Of a stretch of DNA of 64,000 bases, positions 53,249 to 63,471 are shown in pieces. Each line of letters begins with the position of its first letter. Positions within the stretch are counted from its first letter, which is position 1. This DNA is from a virus. The position numbers were made by a program, and so were the translations under genes. Under the pieces are notes generated by a model. That model was not told the DNA's origin, ran no database searches, and saw only the letters and a list, made by a program, of their open reading frames with translations. The stretch is from positions 1 through 64,000 of the IMG/VR virus record IMGVR_UViG_3300046777_002716. The stretch is one strand, 5' to 3'.

Positions 53249-53770
53249 TCATCTGTTTTGGGAACGATAAGATACATTATCCTTGATCGTATTATAGTCG
53301 GAACTGCTCCCAGAAAGCAAACTGTCATCGACCATCATAACTTCATCGAATCCAGTTCTTTCAATAATTTTAGTTTTAATATCTAATTGTTTCTTTTCTC
53401 TTTGAATTCTCCTCAAGAATGCATAATGAATAATCTGAGTAAAATATGCAAAAGGATTTTTAGATTTTTCTGGATCAAAATTGTGAATGTACTGAACACA
53501 GTTTTCAATACCATCAGAAATCATATCATCCCTAAACATGTAATTAACAAAGTTTGGTTTATATGATAAATGAGTGGCAATCTTTAAAAAGCATTCTCCC
53601 AAATAATTAGGAATTTTTGGTTTACCTTCCCAATAACCAGATTTTGGTGGATACTTATCATGCTTTTCAAAGTATAATTGTTCTGCCTTAGCAACTTTGG
53701 TTCGATAAACTATAAGTGCTTCCAACAATTCTTTATTATTTACATAATGTTCTGGTTTTTTCTTGGGCAT
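53249..53770 (-). CDS. gp55: Late transcription sigma factor (T4 gp55)
   Basis: HYVNNKEL, PNFVNY, DMISDG, NPFAYFTQI. Confidence 0.96.
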   Translation of the reverse strand: MPKKKPEHYVNNKELLEALIVYRTKVAKAEQLYFEKHDKYPPKSGYWEGKPKIPNYLGECFLKIATHLSYKPNFVNYMFRDDMISDGIENCVQYIHNFDPEKSKNPFAYFTQIIHYAFLRRIQREKKQLDIKTKIIERTGFDEVMMVDDSLLSGSSSDYNTIKDNVSYRSQNR

Positions 53771-53802
53771 GGCATTGTTCTCAAATAATACATGTTGATG
53801 AT

Positions 53803-53871
53803 ATTATACCACATCTTTAGGGGGCTTGACAAGGTATCAAAATGTGTGTAGACTACCTTTGTCCCGGTTGA
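53803..53871. promoter_or_regulatory. Bidirectional promoter cassette, copy 2 (the minus arm drives gp55)
   Basis: Plus strand TTGACA-17-TAGACT followed by ACCTTTGTCCCGGTTGA; minus strand TTGTCA-18-TATAAT. Confidence 0.6.
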
Positions 53872-53945
53872 AGATAAGTACTAAGAAGCTTTTAAATTTT
53901 AAAGTACTTAAAGATACTTAAGAGAAAATAATATTAAAAAATACC

Positions 53946-54368
53946 TTAAAGATCATCGGTAGAATCCACTTGAAGATCTTTAAATAATCTTTCTAGTCTT
54001 TTTCTAGCATCCTTTACTGATGATAGATATCCCATTTTCTTAGATGGTTTAATCATTCCACTCTCCATAGATGATATACCATCATCATCCATCATTAAGT
54101 AATTTTGATAAACATCTATTAGTTTTTCATCATTACTTTCAGTCATAGTTATAACTTTATCAAGTTTAATCATAAAGAAATCATCATTAGATAATTCCAT
54201 CCATGGTTTTATCTTGACATATTGAGATCTGTTGTTATGAAGTATTTTAATTACAACAGGATTCTGGAGAACAATTATAGGATCTCCATCATTTTCATCT
54301 ATCATGATGAGTGAGAAAATCTCTTCTCCAGATACCAGTTTTAATACACAGTAAAACTCTTCTCCCAT
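53946..54368 (-). CDS. Conserved cyanophage protein downstream of uvsW (Sm-like fold suspected)
   Basis: LKLVSGEEIFS...KPWM...GYLSSVKDAR. Confidence 0.7.
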   Translation of the reverse strand: MGEEFYCVLKLVSGEEIFSLIMIDENDGDPIIVLQNPVVIKILHNNRSQYVKIKPWMELSNDDFFMIKLDKVITMTESNDEKLIDVYQNYLMMDDDGISSMESGMIKPSKKMGYLSSVKDARKRLERLFKDLQVDSTDDL

Positions 54369-55831
54369 TAGTCTTTAATTGGTATAGTTACAATTTCATA
54401 ATTAAAATTCTCTTCAGAATAGATTTTAATTCTTTCTATAAGATGATTTAATGTATAATTTTTTCTAGCCTTATAACTGATGTCATCGGCAATGTCATAT
54501 AATGTTGCTTTGGTTTTGTTATTTCCTTTTCTTAACACTCTGCCGATAGATTGTAGATTTCTAATTCTAGATTTGGATGGAGAAGCAAAAATTACGTTAT
54601 GAAGATTTTTGATGTTAATTCCAGTACTGAAAGTACCGTAAGAAGCAACAATAATCGCATTATTTTCCCTTTCAGTAATTTCTCTTACTTTTTCTCTATC
54701 TTCAACATCAACACCACCATGTACCAGAAATACATGACGATCATCAGTCTTGCTGTTATTTATTAAATCGTAAAGAGGTTTACCGTGACCTTCTACCCTT
54801 GAAAAAAGAATAAGACTATTACCCTTCAAATCTAAGGCAAGGTTTTTGATAAAGTTATTTCTTTTTTCGTGATTAATAATATACTGCACTTCATCTTCAA
54901 AAGTTTCAAACTTATTTGGTTTATGCTTTAGGAGTAGAACTTTAATGTCCAATTGTGCAACATGACCCTTTTGCATAAGTTCATCGGTTCTTATGATTTT
55001 ATAAGAGGGACCAAATAAACCTTCTAAGACCCACTTATGTGTTTGGGATCCATCTAGTGTTCCAGTAAATCCAAAACGATATTTTGCATCAAAAAGTTTT
55101 GTCATTATAGATACTAATGACTTGGATTTAAAATTGTGTGCCTCATCACCAATAACCACATTAAATCTGGAGAAATACTGTTTTGGCAGTTTATAAATGG
55201 ATTGCCATGTAGTGATTATGACTTGGGAATCAGTTTCTCTTTCTTTTCCCGCATAGATTTTGTGGCAGTATGAACCAACATCCCATCCATAATCTGCAAA
55301 ATCTTTATACATTTGTTCTACAAGGGAAGTCGTTGGAACAACTACAAGAATATTTTGCTCTTTCTCAACGTAATATCTTGTTATCGAATAGATCATCAAC
55401 GACTTTCCAGAAGCAGTTGGAGATATCAATAATTTGCGATTATGTCTTAAGGCGTCGTATACTCCCTCAATTTGGTAATCGCGGGGAGAATGTTTACTGA
55501 TAGCAGTCATATAATCTTTTACACCTTCTTTTGAAATCATCTCATTGACTTCAAAAGGAAGACCATAATACTTATTGTCTTTGAAATCGTAAGTATAATT
55601 ATGGTCTTTGCAAAATTTGATTATTTTGTCTAATAACCCAGCATAAATTTCTCCAGTGTTTACATTAAACAAGTAGATAAATCCATCCCACCACTTGTTT
55701 TTGTACGCTGGAGAAAATTTTGCGTTTGGAACTTCAAACTGAAATGCGTCACGAAGTTCATAATATACATGAGGTTCAGATTCTATGTGGAGATAAACCT
55801 CATTCTTTTTTGATATAACCAAATGCGACAT
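54368..55831 (-). CDS. uvsW: RNA-DNA/DNA helicase UvsW
   Basis: PTASGKS, DEAH, TGT, QSIGRVLR. Confidence 0.96.
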   Translation of the reverse strand: MSHLVISKKNEVYLHIESEPHVYYELRDAFQFEVPNAKFSPAYKNKWWDGFIYLFNVNTGEIYAGLLDKIIKFCKDHNYTYDFKDNKYYGLPFEVNEMISKEGVKDYMTAISKHSPRDYQIEGVYDALRHNRKLLISPTASGKSLMIYSITRYYVEKEQNILVVVPTTSLVEQMYKDFADYGWDVGSYCHKIYAGKERETDSQVIITTWQSIYKLPKQYFSRFNVVIGDEAHNFKSKSLVSIMTKLFDAKYRFGFTGTLDGSQTHKWVLEGLFGPSYKIIRTDELMQKGHVAQLDIKVLLLKHKPNKFETFEDEVQYIINHEKRNNFIKNLALDLKGNSLILFSRVEGHGKPLYDLINNSKTDDRHVFLVHGGVDVEDREKVREITERENNAIIVASYGTFSTGINIKNLHNVIFASPSKSRIRNLQSIGRVLRKGNNKTKATLYDIADDISYKARKNYTLNHLIERIKIYSEENFNYEIVTIPIKD

Positions 55832-55864
55832 TCATATTATTATCAGTTACAAATATTTATTTGG

Positions 55865-56296
55865 TCAATTATATCCTGCAGTAAACTTCATGAATTCAAT
55901 CGCATTTTTAATTTGAAAAGTTCTATTAGAAATAGTTTTAATTATCTCCTCAAGAAACCTTAGCATTACATCATAATATTTTACCTTTAATTCAAGTTTA
56001 CTTAGTCTCTCATCGGCGTCCATATGCCTCTGTATGGCGTCCTTTTCTCTTACCTTATACGGAAATGGTTCCTCTACGTAAACCTCTGCTGGCGCCTTTC
56101 CTGTGTAGTAATTATACCGTTCTAACTTAACTCTTTTATATGATTCAGTAGCCTTTTCTCTGAGAAGTGTTATTGTATTGTATATTGTATAATATTTGGA
56201 ATGAAGTTGTGGAATTTTTAAAGATTCATCGTGCAAATTGTCAGGATCGATGACAGAATCTCTCTGCCACATTTCCTGAATTTCATCAAGATTCAT
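55865..56296 (-). CDS. uvsY: Recombination mediator UvsY
   Basis: ESLKIPQLHSKY...YYTGKA...RTFQIKNAIE. Confidence 0.92.
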   Translation of the reverse strand: MNLDEIQEMWQRDSVIDPDNLHDESLKIPQLHSKYYTIYNTITLLREKATESYKRVKLERYNYYTGKAPAEVYVEEPFPYKVREKDAIQRHMDADERLSKLELKVKYYDVMLRFLEEIIKTISNRTFQIKNAIEFMKFTAGYN

Positions 56297-56853
56297 AAAG
56301 GTTTGCCGTTAGTGTCTAGTATATTGTAAATAGTATACTTGAAAGTTGCATCCGCTGTAAAGTACTGGACATCTGGTTGTGTCGCATTAAAATCTAAAGA
56401 TGATAATGATGTAGGATATAAATCTTTAAATTTTACAATAGCGGTAGTTTTGTAATTGCTATTTAATATGTAAAGACTCCCATCACTGAACGCTCTTTTA
56501 GGATCATATGGTTGAAGAGTGTCATCTGGATCAGAAATAAGATCTCTATAATTTTGTGCAGATTCTGGAAAACCAAGACCAGTTATCCAATTGTGGACGG
56601 CCATATAATTTTCCATGTTCTCATCGACCATGAATCTAATACTCAGATCTCCATAAGTGATCTTATCTCCAGGTACATCAATATCTTTCAAATAGTTTGG
56701 TTGCAATTCAGTACCAAGTACGATTTCTGGAATTTTTGCAGAATTAGAAAAGAAAGATATCTTGGGATCTTTTGCAATAGTAAATTTAAATCCTATTGGG
56801 GATAAAAAATTTCTATTTGTAATTTGACCTGGAAATGAACAAGGATTTGCCAT
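56293..56853 (-). CDS. gp3: Tail tube terminator (T4 gp3)
   Basis: NFLSPIGFKF, PGDKITYGDL.IRF.VDEN.ENY, position after gp23. Confidence 0.85.
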   Translation of the reverse strand: MANPCSFPGQITNRNFLSPIGFKFTIAKDPKISFFSNSAKIPEIVLGTELQPNYLKDIDVPGDKITYGDLSIRFMVDENMENYMAVHNWITGLGFPESAQNYRDLISDPDDTLQPYDPKRAFSDGSLYILNSNYKTTAIVKFKDLYPTSLSSLDFNATQPDVQYFTADATFKYTIYNILDTNGKPL

Positions 56854-57023
56854 TATTTCATAGGAATATTAGTTGGTTCTAATTTAAATGTCATCTGACG
56901 GACACCTTTTGATCCGGGTCCAATTTGTCCTTTTCTAGATTTATTTAAATTCTCTTGGGATTTTTTATCTAGAGGAATTACATTCCTAGAAAGATCTTCT
57001 TTAAATTCTTGAAATGATTTCAT
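56853..57023 (-). CDS. Small protein with a capsid-targeting-like N-terminus (56 aa)
   Basis: MKSFQEFKEDLSRN...; CTAAATA late promoter; TAATG-coupled to gp3. Confidence 0.6.
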   Translation of the reverse strand: MKSFQEFKEDLSRNVIPLDKKSQENLNKSRKGQIGPGSKGVRQMTFKLEPTNIPMK

Positions 57024-57041
57024 TTTTATTTTTATTTAGAT

Positions 57042-57069
57042 AAAAAAAGACCCCCTCGAAAGGGGGTCT
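57042..57069 (-). terminator. gp23 terminator
   Basis: AGACCCCCT-TTCG-AGGGGGTCT-TTTTTT. Confidence 0.9.
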
Positions 57070-57088
57070 GGTCCTTGTGAAGCAATGC

Positions 57089-58489
57089 TCACATTAGGTT
57101 TGCAACCTTTACTCTTCTGTAGTAAACGTTGGCGTTGGTGGTTAGAGCACCTTGACCTTGTGCAGCGCCTTCTGCGAATGGGTTTGCAACTAGACCATAT
57201 CTGGTCTTAAATCCAATCTTAGGCTGGAAGCTGTTCTCACCAACCGCACGTACCATCTGTAGAGGTACATATGGGCAGTAGAATAGACCTGCGTCATAAG
57301 GTGAAGAACCCTTATAACCAACAACGTAGAACTGGTTAGCAGATACGTTAGCAGAATAAGGATCGATATAAACCTTATACTTGCCCTGAAGAACACCTGC
57401 GAAGGTGTTACCAGTGTCATCTACCTGGAGGTTTGCGTTGAGTGCAGGGGTGTAATCAAGAACACCTGCCATGGTGAGTGCAGAAGCAACGTCAGCAGAG
57501 CAGAGGATCATGTTACCCTTTCCTCTACGAGTTTGCTGTGCGATAGCGTTAGCATCGCGCTCGATTTGGAAGATTAGACCCTTGAACTTCTCAACAGACC
57601 AACGACCGTTGGAGTCAACGTCGAGGTCGAAAGTACCAGCGGTAGCGGTATTTACTTGAGCACCAGGCTTAGCAACCTTGTAGATGGTACGGATGATTTC
57701 GCGGTTGATCTCAGCAAGAATCTCAGTTGAGAGAATGTTTGCGAGTTCCGCTTCAGCATTCAGACCGTGGATTGCCTTGAGGTCCTGAGCAAGCTCAAGT
57801 GAGTACTCAGCCTTTAGGGCACGTGACTTGGCGGTAACGGTGACTTTCTCGATTGAGAATGCCATCTGGTTGAATGCACCAGATCCACTACCATCAAGAC
57901 CTTCTGCGTCAGCAGTATTCATGCCTTCACCAGCATTATATGCTAGTTGATTTGCAGCAGAAGCATCTAGGATAGATGGGTTAGTACCACCTTGGGCGGT
58001 TGTACCCATACCAACAGCAGCATTGGTGAATCCTGCGGTTAGGGTGCGGCCAGCGTTTTGACCAGAGAATGCGGAATCTACTTCGTTGTAGAAGGTCTCA
58101 TTTCCGCTCTGGTTGTCGTAACGTGAGCGCATTGCGAAGATTAGTCCAGTAGGACCGTTCATTGGTTGAACGCCACACAGATCGTAAGCGATCAGGTTAG
58201 GCATTGAACGACGAATAAGGCTGATTAGAACAGGATCGAAACCTGCAGTAGGACCAGCGTTGAAACCTTGAGCACTACCACCGAAACCAGCAGCACCTGC
58301 AGTTGAAGCAGTGAAGTTGGTTGGGGTCTCATAGAGGAACTCGCGGGCTTCGCGTAGTTCTCTCTCTTGGTTTTCGAGCAGGATAGCGGTTACAGATCTA
58401 CGGTGTGAATCTTTGATCTGATCTAGTCCTTGATAGTCAAGGATAGGAGCCCACTTCTCCTGCAGGTATTCGGTATTGAACATCTGCAT
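57089..58489 (-). CDS. gp23: Major capsid protein (T4 gp23)
   Basis: KWAPIL, GVQPMNGPTGLIFAMR, SRALKAEYSLELAQDL, FYCPYVPL, GFKTRYG. Confidence 0.99.
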   Translation of the reverse strand: MQMFNTEYLQEKWAPILDYQGLDQIKDSHRRSVTAILLENQERELREAREFLYETPTNFTASTAGAAGFGGSAQGFNAGPTAGFDPVLISLIRRSMPNLIAYDLCGVQPMNGPTGLIFAMRSRYDNQSGNETFYNEVDSAFSGQNAGRTLTAGFTNAAVGMGTTAQGGTNPSILDASAANQLAYNAGEGMNTADAEGLDGSGSGAFNQMAFSIEKVTVTAKSRALKAEYSLELAQDLKAIHGLNAEAELANILSTEILAEINREIIRTIYKVAKPGAQVNTATAGTFDLDVDSNGRWSVEKFKGLIFQIERDANAIAQQTRRGKGNMILCSADVASALTMAGVLDYTPALNANLQVDDTGNTFAGVLQGKYKVYIDPYSANVSANQFYVVGYKGSSPYDAGLFYCPYVPLQMVRAVGENSFQPKIGFKTRYGLVANPFAEGAAQGQGALTTNANVYYRRVKVANLM

Positions 58490-58539
58490 TTTTGTTTACC
58501 TCTTTAAAAAAGTTTTAGTTTGACTTTATGATATATAAA

Positions 58540-59700
58540 TCACTTTTTGGCGACTCTGCCAAGAGTCTGAAGATATGCTTCCATCATTGGTGATACTGAT
58601 TCTTGATAAGAATCATTACCTATAGTTGCTTCTTCGGATAAATTCTCAGAGTCATCTCTTTGAGTACCAGTATTTGCTGGGAAGTATGATTCCCTTAGAG
58701 TTACTAGTTTCTCACGATAGTTCTCTTCACAATCAAACTCAACATTTTCCGCAAGAGAAGCGAGTTTGTCTTTCTGAGAAAGTGCTAGACCCTCAGCGAC
58801 ATCTGCAAAAATTACATCAGCAACTGACTCTGCTAATCTTCTATTTAGAGCAACATTTCTTTCGATTTGCTCGTTGAGTTTTTCTTCCATTTCATCAAGT
58901 TTATCTACCATACTCTCGATTACATCATATCTATCTTCAGGGATTGAAACATAATGATCTTCAAAAAGACTCTTCATTCCTTGTAGGAATGATTCGGTCA
59001 TTTCGGTCTTAAGACCGTGCTCAACTGCGAGTGCATTTTCAGAAATCCACTCATCAGCAACATACTCAAGATAAGCATCTACACGCTCAGTGAGTTCTTG
59101 CTTAATGAACTCAACTTCTTCGACAAGTGCTTGCTCATAGGTCTCTTGAAGTTGCTCTTTGATTTCAACAACTTTTGACTTAATAGCAGCTTCGAAAATA
59201 GTGCGTGCTTTTTCTTGGAATTCTTCAGAAAGTTCTTCACCAGCAAGAAGAGCATTAACATCTTCTTCGATGGAGAATTCTTCTTCAACTTTTTCTTCTT
59301 TATCTTTTTTAGAAGACTTTTTCTTATCTTCTTCTTCCTCGTCTTCCTCTTCATCTTCTTCATTATGAGAAGCTTCGGAAACCACTTCTTCGCCGTCTTC
59401 TAGTTCTTCTTCATCAACTACAAGATCTTCACCCTCTTCTTCAGTTTCTTCTTTAACTGCAGCGGCTTTGGCATTTACTACATCTCTAACTTGTGCTAAA
59501 GTTGCAGCAGGATCTTTTAGTTTTGCGGAATCATCATCTGGACGATAATTTTCTGGAGTAGGTCCACCTAGATCTTCCCAAGCACCAGTTTGACCGGGAG
59601 TTGCAACTCCTGATGCATTACCTGATTTGATTGGTTCGGCAGGTGCAGCCCCTTTGGTTACTACGTTTTCCATTTCTTGTAAATTTCTACCAACGGACAT
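58540..59700 (-). CDS. gp22: Prohead scaffold protein (T4 gp22)
   Basis: LSEEFQEKARTIFEAA, VDAYLEYVADEW; very acidic; TATAAATA at 59730-59737. Confidence 0.93.
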   Translation of the reverse strand: MSVGRNLQEMENVVTKGAAPAEPIKSGNASGVATPGQTGAWEDLGGPTPENYRPDDDSAKLKDPAATLAQVRDVVNAKAAAVKEETEEEGEDLVVDEEELEDGEEVVSEASHNEEDEEEDEEEEDKKKSSKKDKEEKVEEEFSIEEDVNALLAGEELSEEFQEKARTIFEAAIKSKVVEIKEQLQETYEQALVEEVEFIKQELTERVDAYLEYVADEWISENALAVEHGLKTEMTESFLQGMKSLFEDHYVSIPEDRYDVIESMVDKLDEMEEKLNEQIERNVALNRRLAESVADVIFADVAEGLALSQKDKLASLAENVEFDCEENYREKLVTLRESYFPANTGTQRDDSENLSEEATIGNDSYQESVSPMMEAYLQTLGRVAKK

Positions 59701-59739
59701 TTTAGATTGATTGTGTTATAATCTATATTTATTTATAAT

Positions 59740-60390
59740 TTAAAGATTTGAAAGAAATTCTTGGAACAATTCAACCTTATGTTCCTGTAGTTTTCTTTCA
59801 TCTACTAGAGTATTAATTCTACGCTTTGTAGATTCTGCAAGTTTTTCGCGGAGAATTCCTCCTTCCCAAACCCACTCTTTACCTTCCATAATTCCTTGAA
59901 CAAATGCATCAGGTGCTGAAGGATCGGCAACGATATCTGCTGCTGTTGCAAGCATGAAATCTTCACCAACAATTTTATGACCTTCGTTGGTCATTTTGAG
60001 TGAACCAACACCACGAGAAGAAACGCCAAGACAAACGCCTTCGGAAATAAGAGATTTTGCAATCTTACCCATAGGGGTCTCAAGAAGTTGTGCCTTACCA
60101 ATAAAATTATTACCTTTTTGTTCTAAGGAAACAATTTTGTGAGAAACTCTGTCTAGATTTACTGTTGGACCATCTGGATGTCCAAGTTCTCCAAGAGCAC
60201 GACCCTTATTGACGAAAGATTCGTTATATCTCTTTACCTCACGGGCAAGAGTTTGAATAGGATACATTCTTCCATTACGGTTGCAAATGTCTCCTTGAAG
60301 GAAAACACCTTCAATATACATTTTCTTTTCACTACCCTTTCCTTCGGTAATGAATTTAACTTGTGAGACTTCTTCGGTGATGAGTTTCAT
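59740..60390 (-). CDS. gp21: Prohead protease (T4 gp21)
   Basis: NRNGRMY, ALGELGHP, GVSSRGVGS, DIVADPSAPDA. Confidence 0.97.
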   Translation of the reverse strand: MKLITEEVSQVKFITEGKGSEKKMYIEGVFLQGDICNRNGRMYPIQTLAREVKRYNESFVNKGRALGELGHPDGPTVNLDRVSHKIVSLEQKGNNFIGKAQLLETPMGKIAKSLISEGVCLGVSSRGVGSLKMTNEGHKIVGEDFMLATAADIVADPSAPDAFVQGIMEGKEWVWEGGILREKLAESTKRRINTLVDERKLQEHKVELFQEFLSNL

Positions 60391-60391
60391 T

Positions 60392-60922
60392 TTACTCTGA
60401 GACTAACTGTACAATTTCGGTTACGCTGACACCACTATTGGTATCTGTTGTATATGCTGATACTTTTACGCTTCTAGCAATAGTTGCCCCAGTAATATTG
60501 GGGTTTGTTATTGAAGAACTATCATAATTAATGGTTACTGATTTTTCATCAGCAGAAACAATCGAATTATGAACTGTATTAATACCAACAGTAGGTGCTC
60601 CCTCAATAGTCACATAGTCTGATAGTAAAAATGGGTTGCCCGCATTATTATCAAAAGTCAGTTTGGTTGTGACACCAGTTGTGATGCCAACAATTTGTTG
60701 TCTTGCAATTCTTTCTTTAAGAACTTCAGCACTATAAGTACTGATATGAAAATCATTTGCTGTTGCAACAGGGTTTGTACCAATTGCAACATAACAACCA
60801 ACTCCACTGGAAGCAATGGAAATTCTAAGATATCCACTCTTAAGGGTAATTGGATTGCTAACTGCAGCAACTCCTGGAGTTACCGCAATATTTTGTGTAT
60901 TTTGAACAATTTTTACTGCCAT
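60392..60922 (-). CDS. Hypothetical structural protein in the head module
   Basis: Beta-rich Thr/Val/Ser composition; lies between gp20 and gp21. Confidence 0.65.
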   Translation of the reverse strand: MAVKIVQNTQNIAVTPGVAAVSNPITLKSGYLRISIASSGVGCYVAIGTNPVATANDFHISTYSAEVLKERIARQQIVGITTGVTTKLTFDNNAGNPFLLSDYVTIEGAPTVGINTVHNSIVSADEKSVTINYDSSSITNPNITGATIARSVKVSAYTTDTNSGVSVTEIVQLVSE

Positions 60923-61113
60923 TATTCGTTATCCCATTCAGATTCTTCCTCACTTTGTTCATTATTATCACTTCCACCAAACATTGAATCTGCTACAATT
61001 GGGCGAGCATTCTCAATTCTTTCAGAAGCTTTTGCAAACAAGATATTTTTAATACTATCAGATACTTCCGCTGGAGATCCATTGGTAGCAATCAAATCGA
61101 TAAGTTCTTCCAT
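60922..61113 (-). CDS. Small acidic prohead core protein (gp67-like position)
   Basis: SDSIKNILFAKASERIENARP; acidic tail; synteny. Confidence 0.6.
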   Translation of the reverse strand: MEELIDLIATNGSPAEVSDSIKNILFAKASERIENARPIVADSMFGGSDNNEQSEEESEWDNE

Positions 61114-61140
61114 AAATTTATATTTTAATTATAATGTTAT

Positions 61141-62829
61141 TTATATTTTCCCACCTTTGGGTTTTGGAATTTCTACCATTGAGGTATCTATTGTTGGTTC
61201 AATAGGAGTTTCACCATTTGCACCTTGTTCTATTCCTGCTGCCTGATCTGGTGGTATTTCTCCTTCTGGTGGTAATGGATTACCATTTTCGTCTACTGGA
61301 GCATTAGGATCAGGAAGAATACCTTTTGCAATTTCATCTTCTATTTGCATATCAATATCAATAATTTCAGCATCAGTTTGACGAAGAATCTTTTTGCGTA
61401 CATACTCTGTTGAATAATATTTTCCAATATATGGTTCAATAGTTGTTGCAAGAGTAAGTCTATTTGTAAGAAGTTCTGCTTCTTTTAGTTCGGCAAAATG
61501 ATTATCATATAGGAAATCATATTGTATATGATCTGAAATTTTTTCCCAATCTTCTGGAGAAACTACATTTTTTAAGAGTAGTTGTGTGCGAAGCATATCA
61601 TTGAATAGATTTGCAAAACGCTTTCTTAAACGTCCAACAAATTTGGAGAACATCAATTCGTCTCTGAGAATTTCTGATGAACGCCCCAGATTAAATCCAT
61701 CTCCTCCACCAGCAATTCTAGATTCGGGAACACCTAGTGCTCTATAAAGTTTCTTTTGAAAGTATTCAATATCCGAAAGTTCTCCAAGATTTTGACCACC
61801 TGGTAAAGTTGTAATTTCTGTTCCTCTTCCACCTTCTCTGCGAGGCAACCAGAAATCTTCAAGCATACTCATGAATTTTCTATCATCACGAACTTCGCCG
61901 GTGTTTGCGTCATATACAAGTTTATTTCTATAGCGAGACATAACCTCTTTGAGGTACTGTTCTGCTTTTACTTTAGGAAGATTACCTACATCAATATAAA
62001 AAATACGACGCTCTGGTGCTCTTGATAATCTATAAATTACCAAAGAATCCTCAATCATTCTAAGTTGGTTGAGGGCTTTGATTGCTTTATGTAGATATGA
62101 TAGTACAGTTCCTTTATTTCTATCTACCAATCCAGAAGAACAATATGTTATGGAATCTTTTGCAATCTTTACTCCCTTTTTAGAACCACCAGTAACTGTT
62201 CCTGATGGAAAATTTGGTGTGGGGGTATAAATGTAGAACTCTTCAATATCTGGAAAACTTTGATCCTCATCTGTAGAGGAAAAGTTTATATTTGAGTAAT
62301 TATTTGCACCATTCTTTTTCTTTTCTTGACGCACATGCTTCAGTTTCATGGGATCAATATATCTAAGTTCTTTGATCCCTTCTTCTGGTTTCTTTTGGTC
62401 GATTACTTTCAGATAAAAAAGTCTACCATCAATATACCAATTCCTGAAAATTTCGTGACACTTTTTATCAAAATCCATCATTTCTTTGATGGATTTGAAT
62501 TCGTCTCTTATTACGTCCTTTAATCTATCGCTTGCATTTAAATTAGATAACTCAATTTCAACTGGTGAATCATATAGATCACTAACAATTGCTTCGTTAA
62601 CGACGTTTTCGATAGCATTATCACACTCTGGATGGAGTGCCATTTCACGATATCTACGAATTAAATCGTATTCAGTCCTGTAAACACCTTCAATATCTAC
62701 ATATTGACCATAAAATCCAGATTGGATAAAATAATCAACCCCGTCCTCATTATTAGGAGGAACGGGGGAAACTATAGATTTGGACTTTTTATCATTATCT
62801 TCAATCGAAAAACCAAAAAGTTTCGCCAT
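61141..62829 (-). CDS. gp20: Portal protein (T4 gp20)
   Basis: YRLSRAPERRIFYIDVGNLP, EDFWLPRREGGRGTEITTLPGG. Confidence 0.98.
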   Translation of the reverse strand: MAKLFGFSIEDNDKKSKSIVSPVPPNNEDGVDYFIQSGFYGQYVDIEGVYRTEYDLIRRYREMALHPECDNAIENVVNEAIVSDLYDSPVEIELSNLNASDRLKDVIRDEFKSIKEMMDFDKKCHEIFRNWYIDGRLFYLKVIDQKKPEEGIKELRYIDPMKLKHVRQEKKKNGANNYSNINFSSTDEDQSFPDIEEFYIYTPTPNFPSGTVTGGSKKGVKIAKDSITYCSSGLVDRNKGTVLSYLHKAIKALNQLRMIEDSLVIYRLSRAPERRIFYIDVGNLPKVKAEQYLKEVMSRYRNKLVYDANTGEVRDDRKFMSMLEDFWLPRREGGRGTEITTLPGGQNLGELSDIEYFQKKLYRALGVPESRIAGGGDGFNLGRSSEILRDELMFSKFVGRLRKRFANLFNDMLRTQLLLKNVVSPEDWEKISDHIQYDFLYDNHFAELKEAELLTNRLTLATTIEPYIGKYYSTEYVRKKILRQTDAEIIDIDMQIEDEIAKGILPDPNAPVDENGNPLPPEGEIPPDQAAGIEQGANGETPIEPTIDTSMVEIPKPKGGKI

Positions 62830-62861
62830 TTTATAAATTTAAACTGCTTATTTTAATATAT

Positions 62862-63452
62862 TTAGTTGATATCTTCACCACCTGCTGATGGAGAATTACC
62901 TTTAATTGCTTCCCACCAGAGAATTTGGAATTCAACAGTAAATTCCTGAATTGTGCTAGTACCATAATCTAGAGCGATTGAACCAACTGCGGTTGGGAAT
63001 ACATCATAAAAATGATATGCTCTAAGGGTAGTTCCGTCACGATCCAATTGATAAACAAATGCATCTGCAGTGTATGCAGTAGGATCTGTTACACCTGTGT
63101 TATCAGAAACTCTATTGATCTTGTTCATCCAGTTCTCAAAAGCAGAACGAATGGCAAAATCTGTATCGTTGATAACTGTTACAGTCCAACTTTCAAAAGA
63201 TCTATCTCCAGCAACTTTTAAAGTACGACCTCTAAAAGGTACATCAATTGGATTTACCTGAGATGCTGGCAAGTTTGCTCCTTTAACTAAGAATCTTGCC
63301 TTATCGAGAACATTAGAGTCTGCTGGAGCAATATCTGGGAAAGAAAGAACAACTTCAAAAAGGTTACTTCTTGCGCCACCACCTGTTAATTTACTTTTAA
63401 AGTCAGTAATCTTCCTTAGTGGAGGTGGATTTAATTGATTTCTGGTTGCCAT
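62862..63452 (-). CDS. gp19: Tail tube protein (T4 gp19)
   Basis: GGARSNLFEV, FRGRTLKVAGDR, WTVTVIND, QLDRDG. Confidence 0.95.
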   Translation of the reverse strand: MATRNQLNPPPLRKITDFKSKLTGGGARSNLFEVVLSFPDIAPADSNVLDKARFLVKGANLPASQVNPIDVPFRGRTLKVAGDRSFESWTVTVINDTDFAIRSAFENWMNKINRVSDNTGVTDPTAYTADAFVYQLDRDGTTLRAYHFYDVFPTAVGSIALDYGTSTIQEFTVEFQILWWEAIKGNSPSAGGEDIN

Positions 63453-63471
63453 AGTTTTTTAAACCTCTAAA

